DNA of 64,000 bases from Oscillospiraceae bacterium. Its GTDB lineage: Bacteria; Bacillota; Clostridia; Oscillospirales; Acutalibacteraceae. Within the stretch, counting starts at the first letter, position 1. Every line of letters begins with the position of its first letter. The DNA lies in NCBI GenBank assembly GCA_022650455.1, contig JALCPO010000002.1:5073-69072 (forward strand), written 5' to 3'. Below, one piece after another: positions 49,465 through 57,879 of the stretch. The notes beneath the pieces were generated by a model that worked only from the letters and a program-made list of their open reading frames with translations, had not been told where the DNA came from and searched no databases. The position numbers were made by a program, and so were the translations under genes.

Positions 49465-50871
49465 TCACCTCCGAATGGTAAAATTGTCTTCCAGCAGCGC
49501 CCAGTTCTGCGGGAACGGATACCCCAAAGCCCAGTAGCTGATCCCCCCGAGGCCGTAGCGCTTTACGGCGTCGAATTTTGCCTGGGCGCTGCGCGCGTCC
49601 TCGAACCACACTTCGTGGCTTCTTCCCTGTTCGTCCACATACTGAAAAAAAGGCGCCTGGGCCACGGGGTCGTACTGGATTTCCGCGCCGTACCGCACCG
49701 CCCTCGCGACGGCTTCCTGCGGGCTGAACGTCTCCGCCTCCTGCCCTTCCGCGTGGGGCAGCAGCCAGTCCCTCGCATAGATTTGAAAGCCGAGGTAGAT
49801 TTTCTCCCTGGGGATGACCGTGACGGCGTAATCGAGGACCCGCTCAATCTGGTTCAGCGGGGAGATCGCCTGCGGCGGCCCTTTCCGGTAGCCCCACTCG
49901 TAGGTCATCAGAATCACGAAATCGACGATCCTGCCGTGCGCCGCGTAGTCGTGCGCTTCGTAGAGCAGGCCGGGCTGGCCGGCGGATGTTTTGGGCGCAA
50001 GCGCCGTGGAAACGAAGAAGCCTTCCGCGTGCAGACGGTCCACCGCGCGCTGAAGAAAACGGTTGTAGGCTTCCCGGTCGGCCGGCAGGACGTTTTCCAG
50101 GTCGATGTTCAGCCCCCGGTACCCTTTTTCTTTCATGATACGGATGATCTCGGTCAGAAGGCGCTCCACCGTCTGCGGATTGTTGAGCACGGCGGACGCA
50201 AGGTTTTCCCCGCGGGATGTGGCGGTGAAGTTGGTGACGGCCATCATGGGGACCGCGCCCTCTTCCCGGGCGGTCTGGACGGCGGGCGCGTCGTCAATCG
50301 CCCGTAAGGTTCCGCCCTCCTGGATCAGGTAGGCGAACGGGCTCAGGTAGGTCAGGTACCGCCCGCTTTCCCGGACGATGGGGACGGCGTCCTCCCCCAG
50401 AAAATAAAGGTAGCCGTTCACGTTCAGGAAGGGCCTTGGCCTTCGCGGGATCGCCAGAACGGTTCCGGCGGGAATCCGGCCTGGGTCGGCGATCCGGTTG
50501 ACCGCAACCAGCGTCTCCAGCGGAACACCGTATTCCCGGGCGATTCCCCATAAAGTTTCTCCCGGCTGGACGCGGTGCCGGGGGACGGGGACGTATAGAA
50601 TCATCCCCGGAGCGATGCGGTCGGGGTCCGCAATCCGGTTGTTCTGCAGGATGGCCTGCACGGTCGTTCCGTATGTCCGGGCGATTGCCCATAACGTGTC
50701 TCCGGCCTGCACGGTATAAAAATCCTCGCCCGGGATCACCAGGGCCTGACCGACCACAAGCCGGCCGGGGTCCGGCAGCCCGTTGACCGCCGCGGTTTCT
50801 TCCACGGAAACGCCGTATCGGTTTGCAATCCGCCACAGCGTTTCCCCCGGCGCGACTACATGGATCAGCAC
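49465..50871 (-). CDS. 3xLysM plus GH18 spore germination enzyme (YaaH/SleL/YdhD type)
   Basis: Three LysM repeats (HVVAPGETLWRIA, YTVQAGDTLWAIA, HRVQPGETLWGIA), GLNIDLE, ILMTYEWG, GISYWALG; sigE-like TCATA-16-CATATATT at 50894-50922. Confidence 0.92.
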   Translation of the reverse strand: MLIHVVAPGETLWRIANRYGVSVEETAAVNGLPDPGRLVVGQALVIPGEDFYTVQAGDTLWAIARTYGTTVQAILQNNRIADPDRIAPGMILYVPVPRHRVQPGETLWGIAREYGVPLETLVAVNRIADPGRIPAGTVLAIPRRPRPFLNVNGYLYFLGEDAVPIVRESGRYLTYLSPFAYLIQEGGTLRAIDDAPAVQTAREEGAVPMMAVTNFTATSRGENLASAVLNNPQTVERLLTEIIRIMKEKGYRGLNIDLENVLPADREAYNRFLQRAVDRLHAEGFFVSTALAPKTSAGQPGLLYEAHDYAAHGRIVDFVILMTYEWGYRKGPPQAISPLNQIERVLDYAVTVIPREKIYLGFQIYARDWLLPHAEGQEAETFSPQEAVARAVRYGAEIQYDPVAQAPFFQYVDEQGRSHEVWFEDARSAQAKFDAVKRYGLGGISYWALGYPFPQNWALLEDNFTIRR

Positions 50872-50984
50872 AATGCGCCACCCCCTTTTTCCCAATATAT
50901 GAGGGCGCTGCGCCGGGTATGAGGATTTCCGCCGTTCCGGGTACGGCCAGGCCCCGGCCGTCCTTGAAGGGAGCTGCCGGGGCG

Positions 50985-51173
50985 ATTATTTCAGCTTTCT
51001 GCCGTCTTGAAACGCATTGCCCACCTTTTCTCCAACGACCAGGTATGCGTTGTTCATTTGATGCCCGCCCAGGCCGCATCCATGGCGTCGGGGATTCCGT
51101 CATCCCCGTAAGCCGCGACAACAAACACAGGCTGCGGATAGGTAATGGGCTTTGCCCCAAAGCTTTTTCTCAT
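50985..51173 (-). pseudogene. Flavin reductase-like gene relic with internal deletion
   Basis: N-terminus [32 protein letters not shown] joined out of frame to C-terminus NNAYLVVGEKVGNAFQDGRKLK*; middle absent. Confidence 0.7.
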
Positions 51174-51189
51174 AATCAAATCACCCTTG

Positions 51190-51335
51190 ATTTCCCTGCG
51201 AAAGGCTTCATTAACATCATTGCCCTCATGATCCACGATCACTTCTCTGTCGGCTAAAAATGAAGATACGCTGGGATTGTAGTTATTTTTGCCGTTGTAT
51301 TTACAGCTTTTGCCCAGGAGACATGCGCTGATTAC
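51190..51335 (-). pseudogene. DUF523 (YbbK/TudS-like) gene relic with internal deletion
   Basis: Own translation [21 protein letters not shown]...REVI|[15 protein letters not shown]; SACLLG..C.Y.G motif present, CPE segment and start codon absent. Confidence 0.6.
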
Positions 51336-51383
51336 TCCCGTACCCGTCGTAAAACAAGCGGCCTTTCGTCCGATGTGATTTTG

Positions 51384-52523
51384 TCAGTCCGGCTGATAGA
51401 CCTGATCGAGCCAGTCCAGAATGGTATTCACCGCCAGCATGTGGTTGCCAATCTGGCAGTGCTGACCGCCGCCCTCGGCTTCGGTGAAAAGCCGGCAGGT
51501 CAGGGAGCGGGCATGCCGGATCCGTTCTTTCAGCCGGTAATACTGGTTGGTCGGAATATAATGGTCTTTTTCCCCGGCCAGCAGCAGGATGTCCTGTGTC
51601 AGGTTGTCCTCAATCCCCGACAGTGTATGCTTTGCGAGGTTCTGATAGAACTCGTATGCGGTTTTCGTCCCGGTTATATACATGCCCTGGGAAAGGGCCC
51701 AGTCCGCAAGGATGCTCTTTTTTCGGATCAGGCCGGTGAGCCGGTTGATGAAGCCGCCGTTTCCGTGCCGGAACGCCGCCCGAATCAGTTTGCAGACCGG
51801 GGCCGGGAACACGCTGGTCATTACCTCGAAGCCGTTGTCCATGACGTCATAGGCGGCCGCCGCCGTGATCCGCTTTTCAAAGGCAGCGCTTCGCAGGGCG
51901 AAATACCCGCCCCAGGAGATACCGACCAGCGCGCAGCGGCTCAGCTTGAAATAGTCGATCACGGCCGAGGCCGGTTTTTCAAAATCATACCGGAAGTACA
52001 TCTTTTCCCGCAGACAGTATCCCTGACCCGGACCCTCAAACAAGATGACGGAATACCCGCGGGCAGCCAGCCCGCGCACTTGCAGCACAAACTCCTCAAG
52101 AAAGGAATCATAGCCTCCGCAGACAAGAACCGTTCCTTTTGGATGGACCGCCGGAATCGTCATACAGTCCAGCATACCGCCTTCAAACGGAACACGGGAT
52201 CGCTTGTAGGCCAGATGCAGTTCCGAATCAAACCCGAGGTAGAAATACCGCAGACACTTTTTGTAGACGTCCTCCTTCTGCGGATCGTCCGCTTTCAAAA
52301 AGAATTCGGCCATCCGGTAATAATAGGCCGTATGAAGGAATCGGTTTTCCCGTTCGGCTTTTTCTGCAAGGGCAAGCCATGCTCTGTGCCAGTCTTCCAA
52401 GGTTCGGATACCGGGAACCGCTTTTCGGATTTCCTGCGCGCTGCAGGCCGATTCCCCATAGGTTAAAACCCGGTTGGCTTGAAAATTGAATTGCTGGATG
52501 GGATTCAGGTTCTCATAACTCAT
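51384..52523 (-). CDS. Alpha/beta hydrolase (FrsA/DUF1100-like esterase)
   Basis: GGYDSFLEE, FEGPGQG, nucleophile GISWGG, GEKDH, HCQIGN; GGAGG RBS. Confidence 0.85.
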   Translation of the reverse strand: MSYENLNPIQQFNFQANRVLTYGESACSAQEIRKAVPGIRTLEDWHRAWLALAEKAERENRFLHTAYYYRMAEFFLKADDPQKEDVYKKCLRYFYLGFDSELHLAYKRSRVPFEGGMLDCMTIPAVHPKGTVLVCGGYDSFLEEFVLQVRGLAARGYSVILFEGPGQGYCLREKMYFRYDFEKPASAVIDYFKLSRCALVGISWGGYFALRSAAFEKRITAAAAYDVMDNGFEVMTSVFPAPVCKLIRAAFRHGNGGFINRLTGLIRKKSILADWALSQGMYITGTKTAYEFYQNLAKHTLSGIEDNLTQDILLLAGEKDHYIPTNQYYRLKERIRHARSLTCRLFTEAEGGGQHCQIGNHMLAVNTILDWLDQVYQPD

Positions 52524-52576
52524 GTTGGTTTCCTCCATTTTCTGTGTTAATACACTTAACGGATAAAGCAAAAAAA

Positions 52577-53044
52577 TTACTGAATCTGTTCCGGAATCCT
52601 TTTCCATACGGCCTGCATTTTCTCCATAAGCGACTGAAGCTGCACGAGGGTATCGCCCGGATACTCCGCAAAAATGGGGGTCAACTTCTCCCGTAACCAA
52701 ACATGCTGCTTTTCATGCCATTGCCATACTTTTTTTCCGTTCTTCGTGAGCGACAGAACAACCTCGTTTTCCGTTTTCGGAGAAATTTTTTTTTGGATAA
52801 AATCTTTCTTTACCAGCCGGCTGACCATCTGGGAGGCGGCGCTTCTGGAAACACCCTGTAATTTGGCCAGGTTTGTAATGTTGATCGCATCGTAGCTCCC
52901 GACGGCCGCGATCGTATGGGTTTCCGACAGATGAAGTTTTTGCTCTGTCCCATAGGTATGCATTTCCTTTTCCAGCCGTCCGAATTGATGGACTGTCTGG
53001 AGAAAGCATTCGCACAGCCGGTCGATATTCGTCTGTTTGTCCAT
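52577..53044 (-). CDS. MarR-family regulator
   Basis: LHLSETHTI, INITNLAKLQGVSRSAASQMVSRLVKKDFI, VVLSLTKNG; TTGACT-17-TATGAC promoter at 53078-53106. Confidence 0.88.
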   Translation of the reverse strand: MDKQTNIDRLCECFLQTVHQFGRLEKEMHTYGTEQKLHLSETHTIAAVGSYDAINITNLAKLQGVSRSAASQMVSRLVKKDFIQKKISPKTENEVVLSLTKNGKKVWQWHEKQHVWLREKLTPIFAEYPGDTLVQLQSLMEKMQAVWKRIPEQIQ

Positions 53045-53060
53045 AGGTTCCGCCTCACTT

Positions 53061-53077
53061 TGTTAATATGCTTAACA
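53061..53077. promoter_or_regulatory. Putative MarR operator (second copy at 52545-52561)
   Basis: TGTTAA-TATGC-TTAACA; second copy TGTTAA-TACAC-TTAACG. Confidence 0.6.
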
Positions 53078-53307
53078 GTCATACCACAATGACACCGGGA
53101 AGTCAAGCGAATCGCTTGAAACCGGGCGATGATCCCGTGCCGGAAAAGATTCTGTGGCTCATGGGAAAGCTCCGTCACATGAACGGCGAGGAGCACGCCG
53201 TGCTCGACCGGTTCCCGAGTTTTGGGGACGGGATCCGATCATCCAGAAAGAATGATTTTAAGATATTCGTAAATTAACGGATCCCTTTTTCATGGAAAAT
53301 ACAATTT

Positions 53308-53365
53308 CATATTGACATTTTTCGATTTGGAGCATAGAATAGTCATATCGAAGTTTATAGATTTG
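53308..53365 (+). promoter_or_regulatory. ars promoter with two ArsR-type operator repeats
   Basis: TTGACA(53312)-17-TAGAAT(53335); 22-nt repeats CATATTGACATTTTTCGATTTG (53308) and CATATCGAAGTTTATAGATTTG (53344). Confidence 0.7.
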
Positions 53366-53375
53366 AGGTGCCGGG

Positions 53376-53711
53376 ATGGAAAAGTATCTGGAACATACAA
53401 AAGTATTCAAGGCGCTGGGCGATCCCAAAAGAGCCATGATCGTTGATATGCTCTCCTGCGGCGAGCTTTGTGCCTGCAAGATTCTGGAAAAGTTCGAGAT
53501 GTCCCAATCCACTCTGTCCCACCACATGAAAATTCTGTGTGAATGCGGGCTTGTCAAGGGCAGAGAGGAAGGCAAATGGACGTACTACTCTCTGGATGCG
53601 GATACCGTCAGCAAAACACAGCGGTTCCTCCACGACATCACATCGGATCAGGAAAACTGTATTTGCAGGGAAAACACAGACTGCCGGAAGAAATGCGATG
53701 AAAATGAGTAG
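53376..53711 (+). CDS. arsR: ArsR-family As(III)-responsive repressor
   Basis: FKALGDPKR, ELCAC, MSQSTLSHHMKIL, GKWTYYSL; Cys-rich C-terminus. Confidence 0.92.
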   Translation: MEKYLEHTKVFKALGDPKRAMIVDMLSCGELCACKILEKFEMSQSTLSHHMKILCECGLVKGREEGKWTYYSLDADTVSKTQRFLHDITSDQENCICRENTDCRKKCDENE

Positions 53712-53856
53712 ATGCGGCTGCTCCTCCGAAAACTGCTGCGGCAGGTGCCAAGGGACGGAAAAAGCTTTGGATGAAGCGGTTTCCGGCGCCGCCGCCGTAT
53801 TAAGCGCAGCCGGGTATGAGGTCCGGGTACGGGAGAAAGGGAGTAACGCAATATGA
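53698..53856 (+). CDS. Small Cys-rich ORF (50-52 aa) inside the ars operon
   Basis: MKMSRCGCSSENCCGRCQG...; overlaps arsR stop; its TGA overlaps the acr3 ATG (ATGA). Confidence 0.5.
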   Translation: MKMSRCGCSSENCCGRCQGTEKALDEAVSGAAAVLSAAGYEVRVREKGSNAI

Positions 53857-54917
53857 GCGAACAAAAAACGCAGGGTATCGGCTTCTTTGAAAAATATCTG
53901 ACCGTTTGGGTGCTGCTGTGCATGGCGGCGGGCATCCTGATCGGGAAATTCCTGCCGGGCATTCCCGCAGTTTTGGAGAAGTTACAATATGCGGGGCAAA
54001 ATCTCCCCATTGCCGTGCTGATCTGGATTATGATTTATCCCATGATGATGAAAATTGATTTTCAGTCCATCAAGAATGTGGGGAAGCATCCGTTGGGAAT
54101 CCTGATATCCAGCGGCAGCAGCTGGGCGATCAAGCCTTTCCTCATGTTCGGGTTGGCGACCTTGTTTTTGAAGGTTGTCTTTCAATCGTTCATCCCCGCG
54201 GGGTTGGCGCAGGATTTCGTGACGGGGGCCGTATTGCTGGGAACCGCGCCCTGCACGGCGATGGTATTCGTGTGGAGCAATCTCGCAAAAGGCGACCCCG
54301 CCCATACGCTTGTGCAGGTTTCAGTCAACGATCTGCTGATCCTCGTGCTGTTTGTGCCGCTGGTGCAATTATTGCTCGGCGTAAACGACGTCCATATCCC
54401 CTGGGATACGCTTGTCTTTTCCATCATCCTGTTCGTCGTGGTTCCCCTGGTCGGCGGCGCTTTCACGCGGGTTCTGATGATTAAGAAAAAGGGCGAACCG
54501 TATTTTAATAAGAATTTTGTTCCCAAGTTTGACGGCATCACGACGTTAGGACTGCTGCTGACTTTGGTCATCATCTTTTCTTTCCAGGGAGATATTATTT
54601 TGGGGCAGCCCCTGTACGTTCTGCTGATCGCGGTTCCGCTGGTTCTGCAAAACCTGATTTCCGCCAATTTCACTTATCTGTTATGCAGATGGACCAAGCA
54701 GCCGCACAACATCGCGGCGCCGGCTTCCCTGATCGCGGCCTCGGACTTTTTTGAATTGTCGGTAGCGGTGGCGATTGCTCTTTTCGGTCCCGATTCTCCG
54801 GTCGTTCTTGCCTGTACGGTCGGCGTACTGACCGAAGTTCCGACCATGCTTCTTCTGGTGCGTTTTATCAACAAAACCGGCCGTTGGTTTCCCCAACCGG
54901 CGGCCGATAACAAATAG
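53853..54917 (+). CDS. acr3: Arsenite efflux permease Acr3
   Basis: FFEKYLTVWV, IYPMMMKIDF, APCTAMVFVWS, ASDFFELSVAVAIALFG, GVLTEVP. Confidence 0.95.
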   Translation: MSEQKTQGIGFFEKYLTVWVLLCMAAGILIGKFLPGIPAVLEKLQYAGQNLPIAVLIWIMIYPMMMKIDFQSIKNVGKHPLGILISSGSSWAIKPFLMFGLATLFLKVVFQSFIPAGLAQDFVTGAVLLGTAPCTAMVFVWSNLAKGDPAHTLVQVSVNDLLILVLFVPLVQLLLGVNDVHIPWDTLVFSIILFVVVPLVGGAFTRVLMIKKKGEPYFNKNFVPKFDGITTLGLLLTLVIIFSFQGDIILGQPLYVLLIAVPLVLQNLISANFTYLLCRWTKQPHNIAAPASLIAASDFFELSVAVAIALFGPDSPVVLACTVGVLTEVPTMLLLVRFINKTGRWFPQPAADNK

Positions 54918-54941
54918 CCATATTCAAAGGAGTTGTCTGCT

Positions 54942-55337
54942 ATGAAAAAAATGAAAATATTTGAGCCTGCCATGTGCTGCCCGACCGGGCTTTGCGGCGT
55001 CGGCGTCGATCCCGAACTGCTGCGTATCTCAACCGTGCTGGACACGCTGAAAAAGCACGGCGTGGCCGTCGAACGCTTCAACCTCAGCAGCGCGCCGAAC
55101 GAGTTTCTCACCGACCGGACCGTCAACGCCTACATCAATGCCCACGGCCCGGAAGGCCTGCCCGCCGTTACGGTAGACGGCAAAATTGTGATGACGGGCC
55201 GATACCCCACAAATCAGGAATTTACGAAGCTGCTCGGCCTTCCCGAAGGGATACTGGCGAAACAGAGCAAACCGGTAAAGGTAAAAGTCACCCGGAAGAA
55301 GTCAGGCGGCTGTGGGTGCAAGGGAGGCTGCTGCTGA
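54942..55337 (+). CDS. arsD: Arsenic metallochaperone ArsD
   Basis: IFEPAMCCPTGLCG, RFNLS, GRYPTN; terminal GGCGCKGGCC. Confidence 0.95.
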   Translation: MKKMKIFEPAMCCPTGLCGVGVDPELLRISTVLDTLKKHGVAVERFNLSSAPNEFLTDRTVNAYINAHGPEGLPAVTVDGKIVMTGRYPTNQEFTKLLGLPEGILAKQSKPVKVKVTRKKSGGCGCKGGCC

Positions 55338-57073
55338 TGGAGCTTTTTCGTCCCTTGACGCTTCCCCTCACGAAGTACCTCTTTTTCACGGGGAAGGGCG
55401 GCGTCGGGAAAACCAGCATCGCCTGTGCCACCGCCGTATCGCTCGCGGACAGCGGAAAGCGGGTGCTGCTGATCAGTACCGACCCGGCATCCAACCTGCA
55501 GGACGTATTTTCGATGGAGCTGACAAACAGGGGAACGCCCATTCCCGATGTGCCGAATCTGATTGTGGCGAACCTCGACCCGATCCAGGCCGCCGCCGAA
55601 TATCGGGAAAGCGTGATCGCGCCTTATCGCGGCAAACTGCCGGAGCCGGCGATCGCCAATATGGAAGAACAGCTTTCCGGCTCCTGTACGGTGGAGATCG
55701 CGGCGTTCAACGAGTTTTCCGGCTTTCTTACAGACGGTAAGGTAGAGCAGAAATATGACTATATTATTTTTGACACGGCCCCCACGGGCCACACCCTGCG
55801 GATGCTCCAGCTTCCGTCCGCATGGAGCAGTTTCATCAGCGAAAGCACACACGGCGCGTCCTGTTTGGGCCAGCTTGCCGGTTTGGAGAGTAAAAAAGCA
55901 ATTTATAAACAGGCTGTGGAAACACTGGCAAACGGCCGTTTGACTACGCTGATTCTCGTCGCTCGTCCCGAGACCGTACCATTCAAAGAGGCGGAGAGGG
56001 CTTCCGGCGAGCTTTCCGCGCTGGGCATTTGCAATCAGATTCTGGTTATAAACGGTGTCTTGACCGAACACAGCGACGCCTTGTCTTCCAGCCTGTATAA
56101 AAAACAATGGGCCGCCTTTGCCGCGATGCCGGAAGGCTTGCGGACACTTCCGCGCTACACGGTGCCCCTTCGGACCTATAACGTCACGGGGCTCGCCAAT
56201 GTGCGCGCCCTGCTGCATACCGACCATGTAACCGCCTATACGGAAACGCTGAACGCTTCCCGCATCCCCACGCTGAACGATGTGATGGACGAACTGGCGG
56301 CGGACGGCAAGCGTGTCATTTTCACAATGGGAAAGGGCGGGGTCGGTAAAACCACCGTTGCCGCCGCCGTCGCGCTGGGCCTTGCGAAGCGCGGAAAGAA
56401 AGTCCGCCTCACCACTACTGATCCCGCCGCGCACTTGAAATTTGTCCTGGACGAAACAAACGGCGTATCCATGAGCCATATTGACGAGGCCGAAGAATTG
56501 AAAAAGTATCAGTCCGAGGTGCTTGCCAAAGCCCGTGCGTCCGGCATGAGCGACGAGGACATCGCCTATGTGAAGGAAGATTTGCGTTCCCCCTGCACCC
56601 AAGAGATCGCCGTGTTCCGCGCCTTTGCGGAGGAAGTGGAAAGAGCCGACGATCAGGTGGTGGTCATCGACACCGCGCCCACGGGCCACACCCTGCTTTT
56701 ACTGGAATCCGCGCAGAGCTACAACCGCGAAATCCGGCGCACGAGGGGCGATATCCCCGAATCGGCAAAGCGGCTGCTGCCCCGGCTGAAATCCGGCGAA
56801 ACCGAGGTGCTGATTGTGACCCTGCCCGAAGCGACCCCCTTTTATGAAGCGCGGCGTTTGGAGGACGATCTGAAGCGGGCGGGCATCGCCGCAAAATGGT
56901 GGATCGTCAATCAGTGCCTTTATGGTGCGAACACCGCCAACCCCATGCTGGCGGCAAAAGCGGCAGGCGAGGCGGAATGGCTCAACCGGATTGATGAACA
57001 CGCGAACGGTAAATTTGCGCTGATTGCGTGGAGCGCTGGGGAAATCAAGGGTGATCGCCTGTTGGCACTGTAA
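55337..57073 (+). CDS. arsA: Arsenite-activated ATPase ArsA (two nucleotide-binding domains)
   Basis: Two GKGGVGKT, STDPASNL, SGSCT, SCLG, SPCT, two DTAPTGH; TGATG coupling to arsD. Confidence 0.96.
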   Translation: MELFRPLTLPLTKYLFFTGKGGVGKTSIACATAVSLADSGKRVLLISTDPASNLQDVFSMELTNRGTPIPDVPNLIVANLDPIQAAAEYRESVIAPYRGKLPEPAIANMEEQLSGSCTVEIAAFNEFSGFLTDGKVEQKYDYIIFDTAPTGHTLRMLQLPSAWSSFISESTHGASCLGQLAGLESKKAIYKQAVETLANGRLTTLILVARPETVPFKEAERASGELSALGICNQILVINGVLTEHSDALSSSLYKKQWAAFAAMPEGLRTLPRYTVPLRTYNVTGLANVRALLHTDHVTAYTETLNASRIPTLNDVMDELAADGKRVIFTMGKGGVGKTTVAAAVALGLAKRGKKVRLTTTDPAAHLKFVLDETNGVSMSHIDEAEELKKYQSEVLAKARASGMSDEDIAYVKEDLRSPCTQEIAVFRAFAEEVERADDQVVVIDTAPTGHTLLLLESAQSYNREIRRTRGDIPESAKRLLPRLKSGETEVLIVTLPEATPFYEARRLEDDLKRAGIAAKWWIVNQCLYGANTANPMLAAKAAGEAEWLNRIDEHANGKFALIAWSAGEIKGDRLLAL

Positions 57074-57085
57074 GGAGGGCAGGAT

Positions 57086-57481
57086 ATGATAAAAGTCGCG
57101 TTTATCTGTACCCACAATTCTTGCCGCAGCCAGATTGCGGAGGCGTTGGGCAGACATTTTGCCGGCGGTGTTTTTGAAAGTTATTCGGCGGGAACGGAAA
57201 CAAAACCGCAGATCAATCGGGATGCGGTTCGCCTGATGAAGCAGCTTTACGGGATTGATATCGAAAAAGCACAGCGCCCAAAGCTGCTTTCGGAACTTCC
57301 CCCGATTGATGTCGTCGTTACGATGGGCTGCGGCGTCCAGTGCCCCTATCTGCCCTGTAAGCACAGGGAAGATTGGGGACTGAACGACCCGACGGGAACA
57401 AGCGATGAAGAATTTATTAAGGTTATCAGGCAGATTGAAAGTAATGTTCTGTCTCTCAAAGAAAGGCTGAATGCTTTGTAA
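57086..57481 (+). CDS. arsC: Thioredoxin-coupled arsenate reductase (LMW-PTP fold)
   Basis: CTHNSCRSQIAE P-loop, SAGT, TMGCG..CPYLP, DWGLNDP. Confidence 0.9.
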   Translation: MIKVAFICTHNSCRSQIAEALGRHFAGGVFESYSAGTETKPQINRDAVRLMKQLYGIDIEKAQRPKLLSELPPIDVVVTMGCGVQCPYLPCKHREDWGLNDPTGTSDEEFIKVIRQIESNVLSLKERLNAL

Positions 57482-57643
57482 GAAGCAGCGCGCTGCGCTA
57501 TCTTTAAGCTGCTTATGAGCAATACGAGCACCCGCCTGATTCAGAAAAAGCCAAAAACAGAATCCGACATCCGTAAAATCCGGTTGAAAAGCAGTTGTTT
57601 CCGGAACAAAATTCATCTTTCATAAAAGGTCCTGGTAAAAAGG

Positions 57644-57677
57644 AAAGCGTCGAAAAGTCATGACTTTTCGGCGCTTT
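57644..57677. terminator. 34-bp near-perfect zero-spacer palindrome abutting the tRNA-Arg 3' end
   Basis: AAAGCGTCGAAAAGTCA|TGACTTTTCGGCGCTTT, one mismatch. Confidence 0.65.
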
Positions 57678-57754
57678 TGGCGTCCCCGGGGCGATTTGAA
57701 CGCCCGGCCTACCGCTTAGGAGGCGGTTGCTCTATCCAGCTGAGCTACGGAGAC
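57678..57754 (-). tRNA. tRNA-Arg(CCT)
   Basis: GTCTCCGTAGCTCAGCTGGATAGAGCAACCGCCTCCTAAGCGGTAGGCCGGGCGTTCAAATCGCCCCGGGGACGCCA; cloverleaf, CCA encoded; TTGACA-17-TATAAT at 57798-57826. Confidence 0.95.
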
Positions 57755-57879
57755 ATATGAAATTTTAACAAAGACCGACCCTTGCGATACGGACACTATT
57801 ATACGGTGCAAAGCGGGATTTGTCAATGCCGCAAAAAGGTAAAACCCGCCCTGCCTGCTGCGGCAGGGCGGACGCGGCG

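Noticed and set aside
53068-53277. 69-aa ORF between marR and arsR
   Set aside because: Overlaps the marR promoter, has no RBS or recognisable motif; at most a relic
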